From Candidatus Iainarchaeum sp. (lineage in GTDB: Archaea; Iainarchaeota; Iainarchaeia; Iainarchaeales; JAZDDZ01), in contig JAZDDZ010000008.1 of NCBI GenBank assembly GCA_043809245.1, positions 21,278 to 85,277 on the forward strand: a stretch of DNA of 64,000 bases, in the 5' to 3' direction. Shown piece by piece: positions 46,321-56,022 of this stretch. A program made the translations under genes and the position numbers. The first letter of the stretch is position 1; the number at the start of each line of letters is the position of its first letter. Under the pieces are notes generated by a model. The model saw only the letters and a program-made list of their open reading frames with translations. It was not told the DNA's origin and made no database searches.

Positions 46321-47523
46321 TTTTTTCTTTTTGGTTTCAAGGTATTTTTTGTTGAATTTGTTCGGCTTGACTTTAAGGGGAATTCTTTTCGTGATGTCCA
46401 GGCCATAGCCAGCCAATGCCACGAATTTTTTGGGGTTGTTTGAGATAACGTGAATCGAGCTGAGGCCCAATTCGCGCAGAATCATCGCGCCAATTCCGTA
46501 ATCGCGCTTGTCAATGTCAAAGCCCAAAAGCTCGTTTGCCTCAACAGTGTCTGCACCCATGTCCTGCAAGGCATAAGCCTTTAGCTTGTTCAATAAGCCT
46601 ATGCCCCTGCCTTCCTGTGAAAAAATGTATAGCACAACGCCCAATCCTTTTTTGTTAATCATTTCAATGCTTCTTGTGAGTTGCTCATGGCAATCACACC
46701 TCAAACTGTGGAATACATCGCCTGTCATGCAGGAAGAGTGAACCCTTACAAGCACGTTTTTTTTGCCTGCAACGTTTCCCTTTACAAGCGCAAGGTAAGG
46801 CGCGCCATTTGAAATGTCCCTGAATGCAACGGCCTTGAACAAGCCGAATTCTGTTGGAAGAGCGGTTTCCGCAACGCGTTCAATCAGCGAGCCTTTTTTC
46901 AGGCGAAAATCAATCAGGTCCTTGACTGAAATTAGTTTCAGCCCGAATTTTTTAGCAAACTTCAAAAGGTCCGGCAGGCGTGCCATCTCGCCGTTATCCT
47001 TCATTATCTCGCAAAGGACAACTGCCTCGCTTAAGCCCGCAAGTTTCATCAAATCAACTGATGCCTCTGTGTGGCCTGCGCGCTGTAAAACCCCGCCCTC
47101 AGCGGCAATCAATGGAAAAATGTGCCCTGGCCTCTGCAAATCCTTTGCAGAGCCTTTTTTGCCTGCAAGCAGCTTAACTGTCCTGCACCTGTCAGCTGCG
47201 GAAACACCTGTGCTCACGCCTTTGGCTGCGTCAACAGGCATTGCAAAAGGGCTTCCAAGCCTGTTCTGGAATTGGGGTAGCTTTTCAAGGCCGAACTGCT
47301 TTGCCTTTTCAGCCCCGAGTGCAACGCAGAAAATTCCACGCGCATTCTTTAAGATGAAGTTTATTTTTTCCGAAGTGGCTTTTTCCGCTGCAAGCACCAG
47401 ATCGCCTTCGTTTTCGCGCGCTTCGTCGTCAACCACTATGACAATGCCGCCTTTCCTGAGCGCATTTACTGCGTCGGCTATTTTGTCAAACTTTGCCTTT
47501 TTCAAACAACATGCACCATCCAA
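46303..47523 (-). CDS. ribBA: Bifunctional DHBP synthase / GTP cyclohydrolase II
   Basis: DDEARENEGD, RPGHIFPL, RAGHTEA, RVHSSC.TGD.F.S.RCDC, QEGRGIGL. Confidence 0.96.
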   Translation of the reverse strand: MDGACCLKKAKFDKIADAVNALRKGGIVIVVDDEARENEGDLVLAAEKATSEKINFILKNARGIFCVALGAEKAKQFGLEKLPQFQNRLGSPFAMPVDAAKGVSTGVSAADRCRTVKLLAGKKGSAKDLQRPGHIFPLIAAEGGVLQRAGHTEASVDLMKLAGLSEAVVLCEIMKDNGEMARLPDLLKFAKKFGLKLISVKDLIDFRLKKGSLIERVAETALPTEFGLFKAVAFRDISNGAPYLALVKGNVAGKKNVLVRVHSSCMTGDVFHSLRCDCHEQLTRSIEMINKKGLGVVLYIFSQEGRGIGLLNKLKAYALQDMGADTVEANELLGFDIDKRDYGIGAMILRELGLSSIHVISNNPKKFVALAGYGLDITKRIPLKVKPNKFNKKYLETKKKKLGHLL

Positions 47524-47580
47524 TTAAATTATCTTTGCTAAACAATTAAATACATTGGCTAACAAAACAGGCGGGCTTTA

Positions 47581-47994
47581 ATGAAACAGGCTGTTTACGC
47601 TTCAACTAAAACCAGCGGCATAGAGAAAGGCACTGAATCCGTGCACCTTGTCAGGCCGATTAAGGCGAAAAAACTGGAAGAATTGAGCCGCAAAGGAGTG
47701 AAAGAGCTTTGCCTTTCGCCTTCCTGCGAGAAAAGGCTGAGCAGAAAAACAAAGAAACTGATTGAGGAAAAAGGAATCACACTCAAGGCAGAGCCAAGCA
47801 GGGGCAGGGCGATTGAAATCCCGCTTGAAAAGGTAACGGAAATAGCGGAAATGCGCTGGAGCGACAAAACCTACCGCGAAATAGAGGAATTGACTGGCGT
47901 GCCGAAAAGCACTGCGCATTACCTCATAAAGTACGCTAACAGAAACAAGTTAAAAAAAGGGAAGAGCACTATTTACGTTGAAGGCGGAAAATAA
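47581..47994 (+). CDS. Hypothetical protein with C-terminal HTH
   Basis: VHLVRP, RGRAI, TYREIEELTGVPKSTAHY. Confidence 0.7.
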   Translation: MKQAVYASTKTSGIEKGTESVHLVRPIKAKKLEELSRKGVKELCLSPSCEKRLSRKTKKLIEEKGITLKAEPSRGRAIEIPLEKVTEIAEMRWSDKTYREIEELTGVPKSTAHYLIKYANRNKLKKGKSTIYVEGGK

Positions 47995-47999
47995 ATTTT

Positions 48000-48152
48000 T
48001 CAGTTTCCGCCCTTGATGAACAAAACAATCCCTATCAGCAGGAATACAAAGCCAAGGTAAGGGTTCAGCAATGCGAATGGCTCCGGTATTTCCGGGATAA
48101 ACAGCCCAATTGCTATTCCAAGCATCAGCATTCCAAGTGACATTTGCGCCAT
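48000..48152 (-). CDS. Small 2-TM protein (50 aa)
   Basis: AAGGTGG RBS; MAQMSLGMLMLGIAIGLF... Confidence 0.7.
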   Translation of the reverse strand: MAQMSLGMLMLGIAIGLFIPEIPEPFALLNPYLGFVFLLIGIVLFIKGGN

Positions 48153-48175
48153 AAAAAAACCACCTTTTTCCTTAA

Positions 48176-48266
48176 TATCAAAAGACATTATTTAGAAACT
48201 ATTCTTAATGTCTTTTGATAGCCATCAAAGGACAATCTTTACATCCATATTTTTTGTCCTTTGATG
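48176..48266. repeat. Four alternating copies of ATCAAARGACA forming two perfect inverted repeats (15 bp and 13 bp)
   Basis: 48176-48190 pairs with 48206-48220; 48223-48235 pairs with 48254-48266. Confidence 0.9.
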
Positions 48267-48325
48267 TTAAACTAATAGGCTGACCTTATATAAATGCGTT
48301 GCTGAAGGGAAAAACCAAGTTATTT

Positions 48326-49324
48326 TTATTTGTTGCCGCGCTTCCTTAGCCCTGCTTCAAACCCTTTTATTATCGCGCTAATTTCAGCGGGGTTTCTTCC
48401 CGCAGATTCCATTTCTTTAACCTGTCTTGCCATTTTTTCAAAATCAGGCAGTGCAGCGCCAGATACTCTAATAGCTTGCCCTGGCGTCATATATATTTTC
48501 CATATGATTTCTGCAAGCTGGGAATCTGCCTTGCTTGGAAACAAATGCATATTTTGGAACAGTATAGCGTAATCCTTTGTTTTCATCTTAAGCGCTTCTC
48601 TTATTTTATTTTCTTTCTCGCCGGCATAATTTTGCAATATTTTAACCAAACCGGATTTTGCTTTTTCAACTTCTTCCCACATAGCCTCTTTTCTTGCCCC
48701 CATCTCTTCCATTCCTTCAACCCTTCTAATTAGGCTGGACACTAAATCACCCCATGGGTTCCTCCAAGGCACCGCAAATTTCATTTCCTCCCTGAAATTC
48801 GTAGCCCACCTTTGCGCCCTAATATAGGATGAGACAGGCCTATTGACAAGGCCGTATGTTTTCATCATTGCTTGCCTTTTTTCTGCCGAGTACTTCGCGT
48901 AAATTTGCAGAAAATCCCTTAGCAAATTACGCTCAAACGACCTAATCAAATTCATTGGCTTTTCCTGCAGTTCCAGAAAAATCAAGTCTTCAGGCTTATC
49001 ACCGACAATGCCTGTCACTTCAAATTCCTTAATTTCTTTTTCAATGTCTTCAACAACTCTGGACAGCTCATTAAACTTATATACTGAACGCATTAATTCA
49101 GTTTTCCGAACAGGATTCCACACCCGGTTAGCTTCTTTTTCTAGCTTCTGCAGAAGCTGGCGCCATTTTGCTTTTTCAATGTAAGCCAAACCCGAATTAG
49201 GCAACCTTGAAACTAAGTTTCCTCCAGCAGTATCTCCTCTTCTGCCCCAAGCTGCCCTCATCCCCAGTTGTCTCCTGCGCCAATCAAATCCCCTGTCTCT
49301 TCCGCCCCTTCCTGCACCCGCCAT
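48326..49324 (-). CDS. Hypothetical helical protein, Arg/Gly-rich N-terminus
   Basis: Long ORF; MAGAGRGGRDRGFDWRRR. Confidence 0.65.
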   Translation of the reverse strand: MAGAGRGGRDRGFDWRRRQLGMRAAWGRRGDTAGGNLVSRLPNSGLAYIEKAKWRQLLQKLEKEANRVWNPVRKTELMRSVYKFNELSRVVEDIEKEIKEFEVTGIVGDKPEDLIFLELQEKPMNLIRSFERNLLRDFLQIYAKYSAEKRQAMMKTYGLVNRPVSSYIRAQRWATNFREEMKFAVPWRNPWGDLVSSLIRRVEGMEEMGARKEAMWEEVEKAKSGLVKILQNYAGEKENKIREALKMKTKDYAILFQNMHLFPSKADSQLAEIIWKIYMTPGQAIRVSGAALPDFEKMARQVKEMESAGRNPAEISAIIKGFEAGLRKRGNK

Positions 49325-49341
49325 AAAAACCATCAAAACAA

Positions 49342-49827
49342 TCATTTTTTCAAGCGCCTAGCGGTGTAATAATCATAGGCTTCACTAGTTATCCAGCCTT
49401 CATCAAAAAGCCTGTCAAGCCAACCGTAAAAACCCGAAATGCTCTTAAATCCCGAGACACCTCTCAACGCATCAAGCGCAAACATGCGGCGATTTATTTG
49501 CCCAAGGATTTTATCGCCTCTCCATTTGTCGTACCATTCCTCACTGCGGACCTCTTTGTCTTTTGGGCTGGCGCGCCTAGGCTTTACTCCCGCCGGATTT
49601 CTCTGAGAATTCATTCTTTTTAAAGCCGTATTTATCTGGGAAATCCTTAACCTAAAGCCCAACTTCTGCCGGACCAGCATCTGAATTTGTTTAGGAGTAA
49701 GCTTTCCTGCAGTCTTTTCAATAATTTGGCGCGCCTCTAACAAGTCTGATGGAATGCTGCTTTCCGGCAATCTTATTGAAGGGGGCCTGAAATTTTTTCC
49801 CCTGCGCGGAGGACCTGCAGCACCCAT
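49342..49827 (-). CDS. Hypothetical basic protein
   Basis: MGAAGPPRRGKNFRPP; GAGGTG RBS. Confidence 0.65.
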   Translation of the reverse strand: MGAAGPPRRGKNFRPPSIRLPESSIPSDLLEARQIIEKTAGKLTPKQIQMLVRQKLGFRLRISQINTALKRMNSQRNPAGVKPRRASPKDKEVRSEEWYDKWRGDKILGQINRRMFALDALRGVSGFKSISGFYGWLDRLFDEGWITSEAYDYYTARRLKK

Positions 49828-49836
49828 TCCCGCACC

Positions 49837-50754
49837 TCACTTTTTTCCCGCAAGCTTTTGGATTCCTTCCGCGAGAATGCCTGCAACGCTTAAAATTTTC
49901 AACTGTGAAATGCGTTTTCCTGCTTCAATCGGCAAAGAATTTGTTACAATGACCTCTTTTATCGGAGAGCGGTGAATGCGCTCGATTGCCGGGCCGCTTA
50001 AAACCCCGTGGGTTGCGGCAACATATACCTCTTTTGCCCCTCTTTCCTTTACCGCTTCCGCGCTTGTGGTGATTGTTCCCGCTGTGTCAATCATGTCGTC
50101 AAGCATTAAAACAGTTTTTCCGCTGACTTCGCCGCTGAATCCCTTGACTTCTGAAACGTTTTCCCTTGGCCTGTGCTTTTCAATGATTGCGATTCCGGCA
50201 TGCAGTTCTTTTGCGAGCTTTTTGACTTTTTTCGCGCTTCCCGCATCAGGCGCTACAATGACCAGGCCGTTGAAGTGCTTTCCGTTCAGGTATTCAACCA
50301 GCAGGGGCATTGCGCTTAACTCAAGCACATCGATTTTTTTGAAGAATTTTTTTATTTTCTCGGAGTGAAGGTCCAATGCAAGCACGGCATCGCATCCCGC
50401 TGCCTCAATCATTTTCGCTGCAAGCTCCGCGGTAACAGGTTCCCCTGGCTTTGATATCCAGTCCTGGCGTGCAAAGCCAAACCAGGGCATTACCGCCACG
50501 ATTTTTTTTGCCTTTGCGCGCTTTAAGGCGTCAATGTACATCAGCAGCTCCAAAAGGTTTTCAGCCGCAGGTTTGGAAGTCGGCTGCAAAACAAAGCAGG
50601 TTTTTCCCTTGACTTCATCCAAGAGCCTTATTTTGAATTCTCCGTCCAGAAAGCGGTGGATTTCTGAAGGCGATATTTTCAAGCCAAGCCTTAGCGATAT
50701 TTCGTTAGCCAGCTCGGGGTGCGCGCTTCCCGAAAAAAGCCTGAACTCAGCCAT
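49837..50754 (-). CDS. prs: Ribose-phosphate pyrophosphokinase
   Basis: F.DGE, ARQD, DLHS, APDAG, DDMIDTAGT, THGVLS. Confidence 0.95.
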   Translation of the reverse strand: MAEFRLFSGSAHPELANEISLRLGLKISPSEIHRFLDGEFKIRLLDEVKGKTCFVLQPTSKPAAENLLELLMYIDALKRAKAKKIVAVMPWFGFARQDWISKPGEPVTAELAAKMIEAAGCDAVLALDLHSEKIKKFFKKIDVLELSAMPLLVEYLNGKHFNGLVIVAPDAGSAKKVKKLAKELHAGIAIIEKHRPRENVSEVKGFSGEVSGKTVLMLDDMIDTAGTITTSAEAVKERGAKEVYVAATHGVLSGPAIERIHRSPIKEVIVTNSLPIEAGKRISQLKILSVAGILAEGIQKLAGKK

Positions 50755-50849
50755 TTAACGCATCCCCCACAGTGTTAGCTTTGTTAATTAGAATTACATT
50801 AAATGAAAGCAACTTAACGATTTTAAATTGATTGTTTTTCATTTTCTGA

Positions 50850-51569
50850 ATGGTTTCAATCAAGAGGGAACAGCTGAAGAAAAAAGCAGTCTTCCTTGGC
50901 TTTGAGGATGTTTTAGTGCCAGGCGCAATCAATGAAAAGGTTGATGCAAAGAAAGTGAAGGAGATTCTTAAAAACCTGAAAGCGCTTGAGGAAAAAGGCC
51001 TGCTTAACCTTGTTTTGCTTGTCGGCTACAAAAAGGAAAAGGCCATTAAACTGGTCAAGGAATCAGGCCTGTACGCATTCTTCAAGCCCGAGAACATTTT
51101 CACTGTGACAGAGGAGTACCTTGCCTCAAAGGAGGAGATTGACAGGAAACGCTATGAGAAATCGCTTGCGGAAAACCCTGATTTCAAGGACGAATTCCTA
51201 AAGCAAGTGGCAATTAAAGAGTTCCTTGAAAAAAAAGGCATTGAAAGGGAAGAGGCATTGCTCATAGGGCATGATTTGCTGACTGACGCATTTTACACGC
51301 GCGAATTCTCCAAAATAGATGTGGCCCTTGTGAAGGGCGCGTTAAGCGAAAGGCACGAGAAAGCAAAAAGGCTTGTTAAAGGGACGCCGTACATCAAACG
51401 CGAGTGGACCGATGTCCTAAAGCTTTTAACTGGAAAGGGAAAAAAACCAGAATACCCTTTGCTGAAAGCCTACATCTACACCAGGCTAAAGGAACAGCTT
51501 TTCGGCGACGACATAGCGAAAAAAGTCGCCCTCACGCGCGAACAATTGCTGAAGGCGAAAAACAATTAA
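50850..51569 (+). CDS. Degenerate HAD-fold protein
   Basis: VFLGFEDVLV (motif I lost), LLIGHDLLTD. Confidence 0.6.
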   Translation: MVSIKREQLKKKAVFLGFEDVLVPGAINEKVDAKKVKEILKNLKALEEKGLLNLVLLVGYKKEKAIKLVKESGLYAFFKPENIFTVTEEYLASKEEIDRKRYEKSLAENPDFKDEFLKQVAIKEFLEKKGIEREEALLIGHDLLTDAFYTREFSKIDVALVKGALSERHEKAKRLVKGTPYIKREWTDVLKLLTGKGKKPEYPLLKAYIYTRLKEQLFGDDIAKKVALTREQLLKAKNN

Positions 51570-51601
51570 ATACAGTTCGCAGTTAACTCTTGGTGAAACG
51601 C

Positions 51602-52834
51602 ATGGCAAAAATAAGTTCATTAAAGGCAAGGCAGGTTTTTGACTCCCGCGGTTTCCCCACAGTTGAGGCATCACTTAAAACAGCCAAAGGCGTTTTCTCC
51701 TCAATGGTTCCAAGCGGCGCCTCAACAGGAACACATGAAGCGCTTGAACTGCGCGACGGAGGAAAAGAGTTTGGGGGAAAAGGGGTTTCAAAGGCGGTTG
51801 CAAACGTTAATGGACCTATTTCAAATGCAGTTACCGGCAAAGGCTTTTCATCGCAAAAAGAATTGGACTCTGCACTCATTTTGCTGGATGGGACAAAAAA
51901 CAAGGAAAAGCTTGGCGCGAATGCAATTCTCGCGGCTTCAATGGCTTTTGCGCGCGCACAGGCAGCAGAGGAAGGCATGCAGTTGTATGAATTCATTGGA
52001 AAAATCTCGGGCAACAAGAATTTCCTTCTTCCAACACCGCAGATGAACGTCATCAACGGCGGAAAGCATGCAGGCAATGCATTGAACATCCAGGAACACC
52101 ATATAGTGCCGAAAGCGAAGAGTTTTGCGGATGCAATGCGCCTTGGAACTGAAACCTATCAAACCCTGAAAAAACTGCTGTTGGAAAAATACGGAAAAAA
52201 CGCAGTGAACGTTGGGGATGAAGGCGGATTTGCCCCTCCTTTGAAGAAAGCAATTGAGCCCATTGAACTGATTCAGGAAGCAATTGAAAAGGCAGGCTAT
52301 GGAAAAGAGATTTCAATTGCATTGGACTGCGCTGCCTCGGAATTCTTTGGCGGAAAAAGCTATGAACTGGACGGAAAAAGGCTTTCACCAAGGGAATTGG
52401 TTGAATTTTATGGAAAAATTGTGGAGGATTATGGCATTGTTTCAATTGAGGACGGCTTGGGAGAAGATGACTGGCAGAATTGGTTTGAATTGACAAAAAG
52501 CCTTGGCAGCAAAATCCAGATTATCGGCGACGATTTGCTTGTGACAAACGTTGAGCGCATTAAAAAAGCAGTTGAGTTAAAGGCATGCAATGCCTTGTTG
52601 CTGAAAGTGAACCAGATTGGAACAGTAAGCGAGGCGATTGACGCTGCAAACCTTGCGAAAAAAAGCGGGTGGAAAGTAATTGTTTCTCACCGCTCCGGCG
52701 AAACAGAGGATTCATTCATCGCGGATTTGGTTGTTGGCTTGGGCTGCGGGCAGTGCAAGTTCGGCGCGCCCGCAAGAGGCGAAAGGACAGCGAAATACAA
52801 TCGGCTGCTGAGAATAGAAGAAGAACGCGGATAA
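51602..52834 (+). CDS. eno: Enolase
   Basis: DSRGFPTVE, VPSGASTG, GDEGGFAP, LLKVNQIG, SHRSGET. Confidence 0.98.
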   Translation: MAKISSLKARQVFDSRGFPTVEASLKTAKGVFSSMVPSGASTGTHEALELRDGGKEFGGKGVSKAVANVNGPISNAVTGKGFSSQKELDSALILLDGTKNKEKLGANAILAASMAFARAQAAEEGMQLYEFIGKISGNKNFLLPTPQMNVINGGKHAGNALNIQEHHIVPKAKSFADAMRLGTETYQTLKKLLLEKYGKNAVNVGDEGGFAPPLKKAIEPIELIQEAIEKAGYGKEISIALDCAASEFFGGKSYELDGKRLSPRELVEFYGKIVEDYGIVSIEDGLGEDDWQNWFELTKSLGSKIQIIGDDLLVTNVERIKKAVELKACNALLLKVNQIGTVSEAIDAANLAKKSGWKVIVSHRSGETEDSFIADLVVGLGCGQCKFGAPARGERTAKYNRLLRIEEERG

Positions 52835-52839
52835 AAAAA

Positions 52840-53082
52840 TTATTTTACAAATTCTTTTGTTACAAGGAAAGCAATTACTCCGCCCAAAACTCCGCCAAGG
52901 GTATTTAGAAAAAGCGGTTCAAGCAGAAGTTCTGCACTTTGAAACCCAAATAGGATAAAAATTAATTTTAAAATTGCAAATCCTAGGGGAACAATTAATG
53001 CTACAATTAATAAATATGCAAATAGTTTAATGAAATTTACTGGTTTATATGTTTCAGTCATAAAAAGATCCCAATAAATCAC
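52840..53082 (-). CDS. Small 2-TM hypothetical protein
   Basis: Hydrophobic, abuts the radical SAM gene. Confidence 0.55.
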   Translation of the reverse strand: MIYWDLFMTETYKPVNFIKLFAYLLIVALIVPLGFAILKLIFILFGFQSAELLLEPLFLNTLGGVLGGVIAFLVTKEFVK

Positions 53083-54704
53083 TACTTTGCGTTTGGCTTT
53101 CCGTTAAGCCTTATCCCTGCTTTTACTTCAATTTCCTTTGGTTTCTTGAGGCTGCTTTCAGTGAAAGAGCCGATCGCGCCAAGTTTTCTGATGTACCTGT
53201 CGTCTTTGAGCCTTTTGCCGTGTTTTTTCTCCCATTCTTTTGCCGGAATTGAGAATTCATTCTGCACCCTGTCCCTGTAAATCGCGGGCAAAACATTGAA
53301 TGCGCAGAATGGAATGACTTTTCCATCAGGCATTGCGTAATGGATTTCGCATTTCTCCACTCTCTTTACGTCGTAATTGTATAGGTCCTGGAAGTGCATT
53401 AAGCCGACGAAAAGCATTTTGTGGTGCATTTCAGCCAAAGCAGAATAGTCTTTTTTTACAATTAGGTTGTAGAACAGCTTGAGAAAGTCAATGCCTTTAG
53501 GCATCTTTGCCCTGTTAATGTACTTCGGCATGTTGAACAGCAATTTGAATTTCGCTATTTCCTTGCTTCCGCCTTTTTTCAGGTCAACTGTGACTTCATC
53601 AAATAATTTGAATAAGCCAACAACATCAACAAAGCTTGTAATCGGAATGACTTCGTTTCCGTCAAGGAAAACATATGTTGCCATTCCACAGGCAAAATGC
53701 GTTGAAAGGTCATACTGCTCGTTGCCGGTGAAACCTTCAATTAGCCCTGAAACGCTTGAAACGCAGGGCACAGGATAAAAATCGTCCTTTGAAAGCATTC
53801 CATTGGTTTGCTTGTCCATCGCGTCAATTACAGCTGGAATCGTTATCCTCTGCTTTTCCCTCTGCTGGTGAGGCATCCTTCCAACCAATGAAACAGGCTG
53901 GAAGTTCACGCCCCTTACAATATCGGTGTTCTGGATTGCAAACTTTAAAATGTCCCCGACTTCGTTGTCGTTTACGCCTTTGATGATTGTCGGAACCAAA
54001 ACAATGCCTAACTTTGCCTTTCTGCAGTTTTCAATCGCTTTTTTTACTTCCCAGTGGTTTTTCGGGTTTGTTTTAGGCGTGACACCGTCAAAGCTCATGT
54101 AAAGCGTGCTGACCCCTGCGTCAACCAATTTTTGCGCAAAGCCCTCTTCGTTCGCCAGCCTTATGCCGTTAGTGTTGTATTGCACGTGCTCAAAGCCTTC
54201 CTCACGGCAAACGCGGATGATTTCAATTATGTCATCGCGCAGTGAAGGCTCTCCGCCGGTTATCTGAACAGCGTTCGCACCAATTGGCTTTGCTGCCTTG
54301 AGGTTTTTCAGCATCGCGCGAATCTGGCCGATTGACGGCTCGTAAATTGGGTCATTTTCTTTTGCGTAATAAAAGCAATACCAGCACCTTAAATCACAGC
54401 GGTTTGTAACAACAATGTTTGCAAGAGCAGTGTGGCTTTTGTGGTCCTTGCATAAGCCGCAGTCAAAGGGGCAATTCGGGCTCTTGAACTTTATCTGGGG
54501 ATTCTCAACGCCTTTTCCTTCATGTGAGAATTTTTTTGCCTTCTTGTATAATTCGTAGTCTTCCCAGTACTTTTCCTTTACTTTTCCGTGCTTTTCGCAT
54601 TCCTTTTCAATCCAGACAATGTTGTCTTCCGCGAAAATCTCCGCCTGAATCTTCTTCTCGCATTCAGGGCACAGACTCATTGTTTTCTCAATGAACTCAC
54701 GCAT
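53082..54704 (-). CDS. tes: Radical SAM tetraether lipid synthase (Tes/GDGT-MAS, MJ0619-like)
   Basis: N-terminal SLCPEC...CEKHG, CPFDCGLC..HKSHT, TNRCDLRCWYCF, NFQPVS.VGR, H..CG, MHFQD.YNYD..RV.KC.IHY, IPFC.FN. Confidence 0.88.
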   Translation of the reverse strand: MREFIEKTMSLCPECEKKIQAEIFAEDNIVWIEKECEKHGKVKEKYWEDYELYKKAKKFSHEGKGVENPQIKFKSPNCPFDCGLCKDHKSHTALANIVVTNRCDLRCWYCFYYAKENDPIYEPSIGQIRAMLKNLKAAKPIGANAVQITGGEPSLRDDIIEIIRVCREEGFEHVQYNTNGIRLANEEGFAQKLVDAGVSTLYMSFDGVTPKTNPKNHWEVKKAIENCRKAKLGIVLVPTIIKGVNDNEVGDILKFAIQNTDIVRGVNFQPVSLVGRMPHQQREKQRITIPAVIDAMDKQTNGMLSKDDFYPVPCVSSVSGLIEGFTGNEQYDLSTHFACGMATYVFLDGNEVIPITSFVDVVGLFKLFDEVTVDLKKGGSKEIAKFKLLFNMPKYINRAKMPKGIDFLKLFYNLIVKKDYSALAEMHHKMLFVGLMHFQDLYNYDVKRVEKCEIHYAMPDGKVIPFCAFNVLPAIYRDRVQNEFSIPAKEWEKKHGKRLKDDRYIRKLGAIGSFTESSLKKPKEIEVKAGIRLNGKPNAK

Positions 54705-54832
54705 TGGAACCCCACACCTTAATTTCGCACAAATTGTCGGAAAAATCGACTGTTGTATCTATTGCTGCTTAAGAGATTAATAAAGCTATCGGGTTAGGAT
54801 TATTTTTCGCTTAAAGGCGAAAGAATAGGGCT

Positions 54833-55789
54833 TTATCGCTTAACCCTTCTAAACCCACTGCATTCAATTACTTCAAGTTTTCCGAGTTTTTTTTCAATCT
54901 TATCCAGCAAGAGGTTTAAGCCTATTGTGTCGGAGCTGATGTGCCCCGCAATGACCACGTTGATGTGGTTTTTTTCAGCCTCTGCCCTGAGCTTTTCACT
55001 CACATGCATTTCAACCGTTGTTCCAACCCCGGCAATCGCGAGCTTCTCGTAGTTTTTCTCGCTTCCTTCCGTGCCGCCGGTCATGTTCACAAAGATTTTG
55101 CCGCAGCGGTTGTCCTTTTTTCCGGCAAAAATTTTCGGACCGGCATCCCATTTCATTGCGTTCTTGTATTCAGGCAATTCCTTTAATGCTTTCAGCAGTT
55201 CCCTGAGCGTTTCTGGTTTTTTTTCGTCAACGAATTCCTGAACAAATTTTTGCACATGGTTGTCCGCAACTGTGTGCAGGCAAACCATTGGAATCCCCAA
55301 AAGCTTTGCGCTGTCTTCCGCGCGCGTGTGGTTTATTGGGGAAAGGCTTCTCATTACCTCGGAAATCCTTTCACCCATCACCCCTTCCGCTACATTTATC
55401 GGAACCCCGAATTTTGCGAGGACATCGTTCTGCAAATCCATTACAGCGTAAAGTGAAGCCAAGGCCTTTCCTTCAGGGTGGTGCGCAATCAGCGCGTCAA
55501 TTTTTTTTCCTTTTTCCTTCAATCTGTCTGCCAAAACAATTTCCGGAACCTCCAAGTCAATTCCGACTAAAACTGTTTTGACTTCCTCGTTTCCGGAGCC
55601 ATTTAAAATGCGTGAATCAGAGTAAGGATTCCAAAGCGTTTCCCTGTCAAATTCGTCTTGCTCGTCTTTCTTCAATTCCTTGAATTTTTCGTTCAATTTC
55701 TTTAACTTTCTTTCAACTTCTTTCGGGCCGCGGGGATCGGCATTCATCCCTTCCTTTACAGCCAGTTCATGCAGTTCCTTTAGCTTCAT
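54833..55789 (-). CDS. NIF3-like (NGG1p interacting factor) protein
   Basis: DPRG, NPY.DSRI, VGID, HHPEG, HTVADN, TGGTEG, AGHISSD. Confidence 0.88.
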   Translation of the reverse strand: MKLKELHELAVKEGMNADPRGPKEVERKLKKLNEKFKELKKDEQDEFDRETLWNPYSDSRILNGSGNEEVKTVLVGIDLEVPEIVLADRLKEKGKKIDALIAHHPEGKALASLYAVMDLQNDVLAKFGVPINVAEGVMGERISEVMRSLSPINHTRAEDSAKLLGIPMVCLHTVADNHVQKFVQEFVDEKKPETLRELLKALKELPEYKNAMKWDAGPKIFAGKKDNRCGKIFVNMTGGTEGSEKNYEKLAIAGVGTTVEMHVSEKLRAEAEKNHINVVIAGHISSDTIGLNLLLDKIEKKLGKLEVIECSGFRRVKR

Positions 55790-55854
55790 TTGCGCATCAC
55801 CAGTAAAAGGGAAAAGGAAAGGGATTAAATTTCTTCCTTTAGTAATAATTATCA

Positions 55855-56022
55855 ATGATAGCGAGAATTGGCGCAGTTGCATATACTCTATTTGTGTTAA
55901 TTATTGGTTTTTTTATTATTAATGCTTTTTTAGATGCCACAGGATTTCAATTAGGATCTGTCATTATAGCATTATTCTTGATTTTAGGTAGTTTAGCAGT
56001 TTTAAATGTGGTTAAAAAATGA
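55855..56022 (+). CDS. Small 2-TM protein (55 aa), missing from ORF track
   Basis: MIARIGAVAYTLFVLIIGFFIINAFLDATGFQLGSVIIALFLILGSLAVLNVVKK*; ATGA overlap with next gene. Confidence 0.65.
   Translation: MIARIGAVAYTLFVLIIGFFIINAFLDATGFQLGSVIIALFLILGSLAVLNVVKK

Noticed and set aside
48176-48266. Possible mini-CRISPR array
   Set aside because: Units alternate in orientation, are only 11-15 bp with 2-18 nt spacers, and no cas genes are present.
53082-54704. MoaA or 7,8-dihydro-6-hydroxymethylpterin dimethyltransferase label
   Set aside because: These are older or generic labels for the MJ0619 family; the motif set fits Tes.
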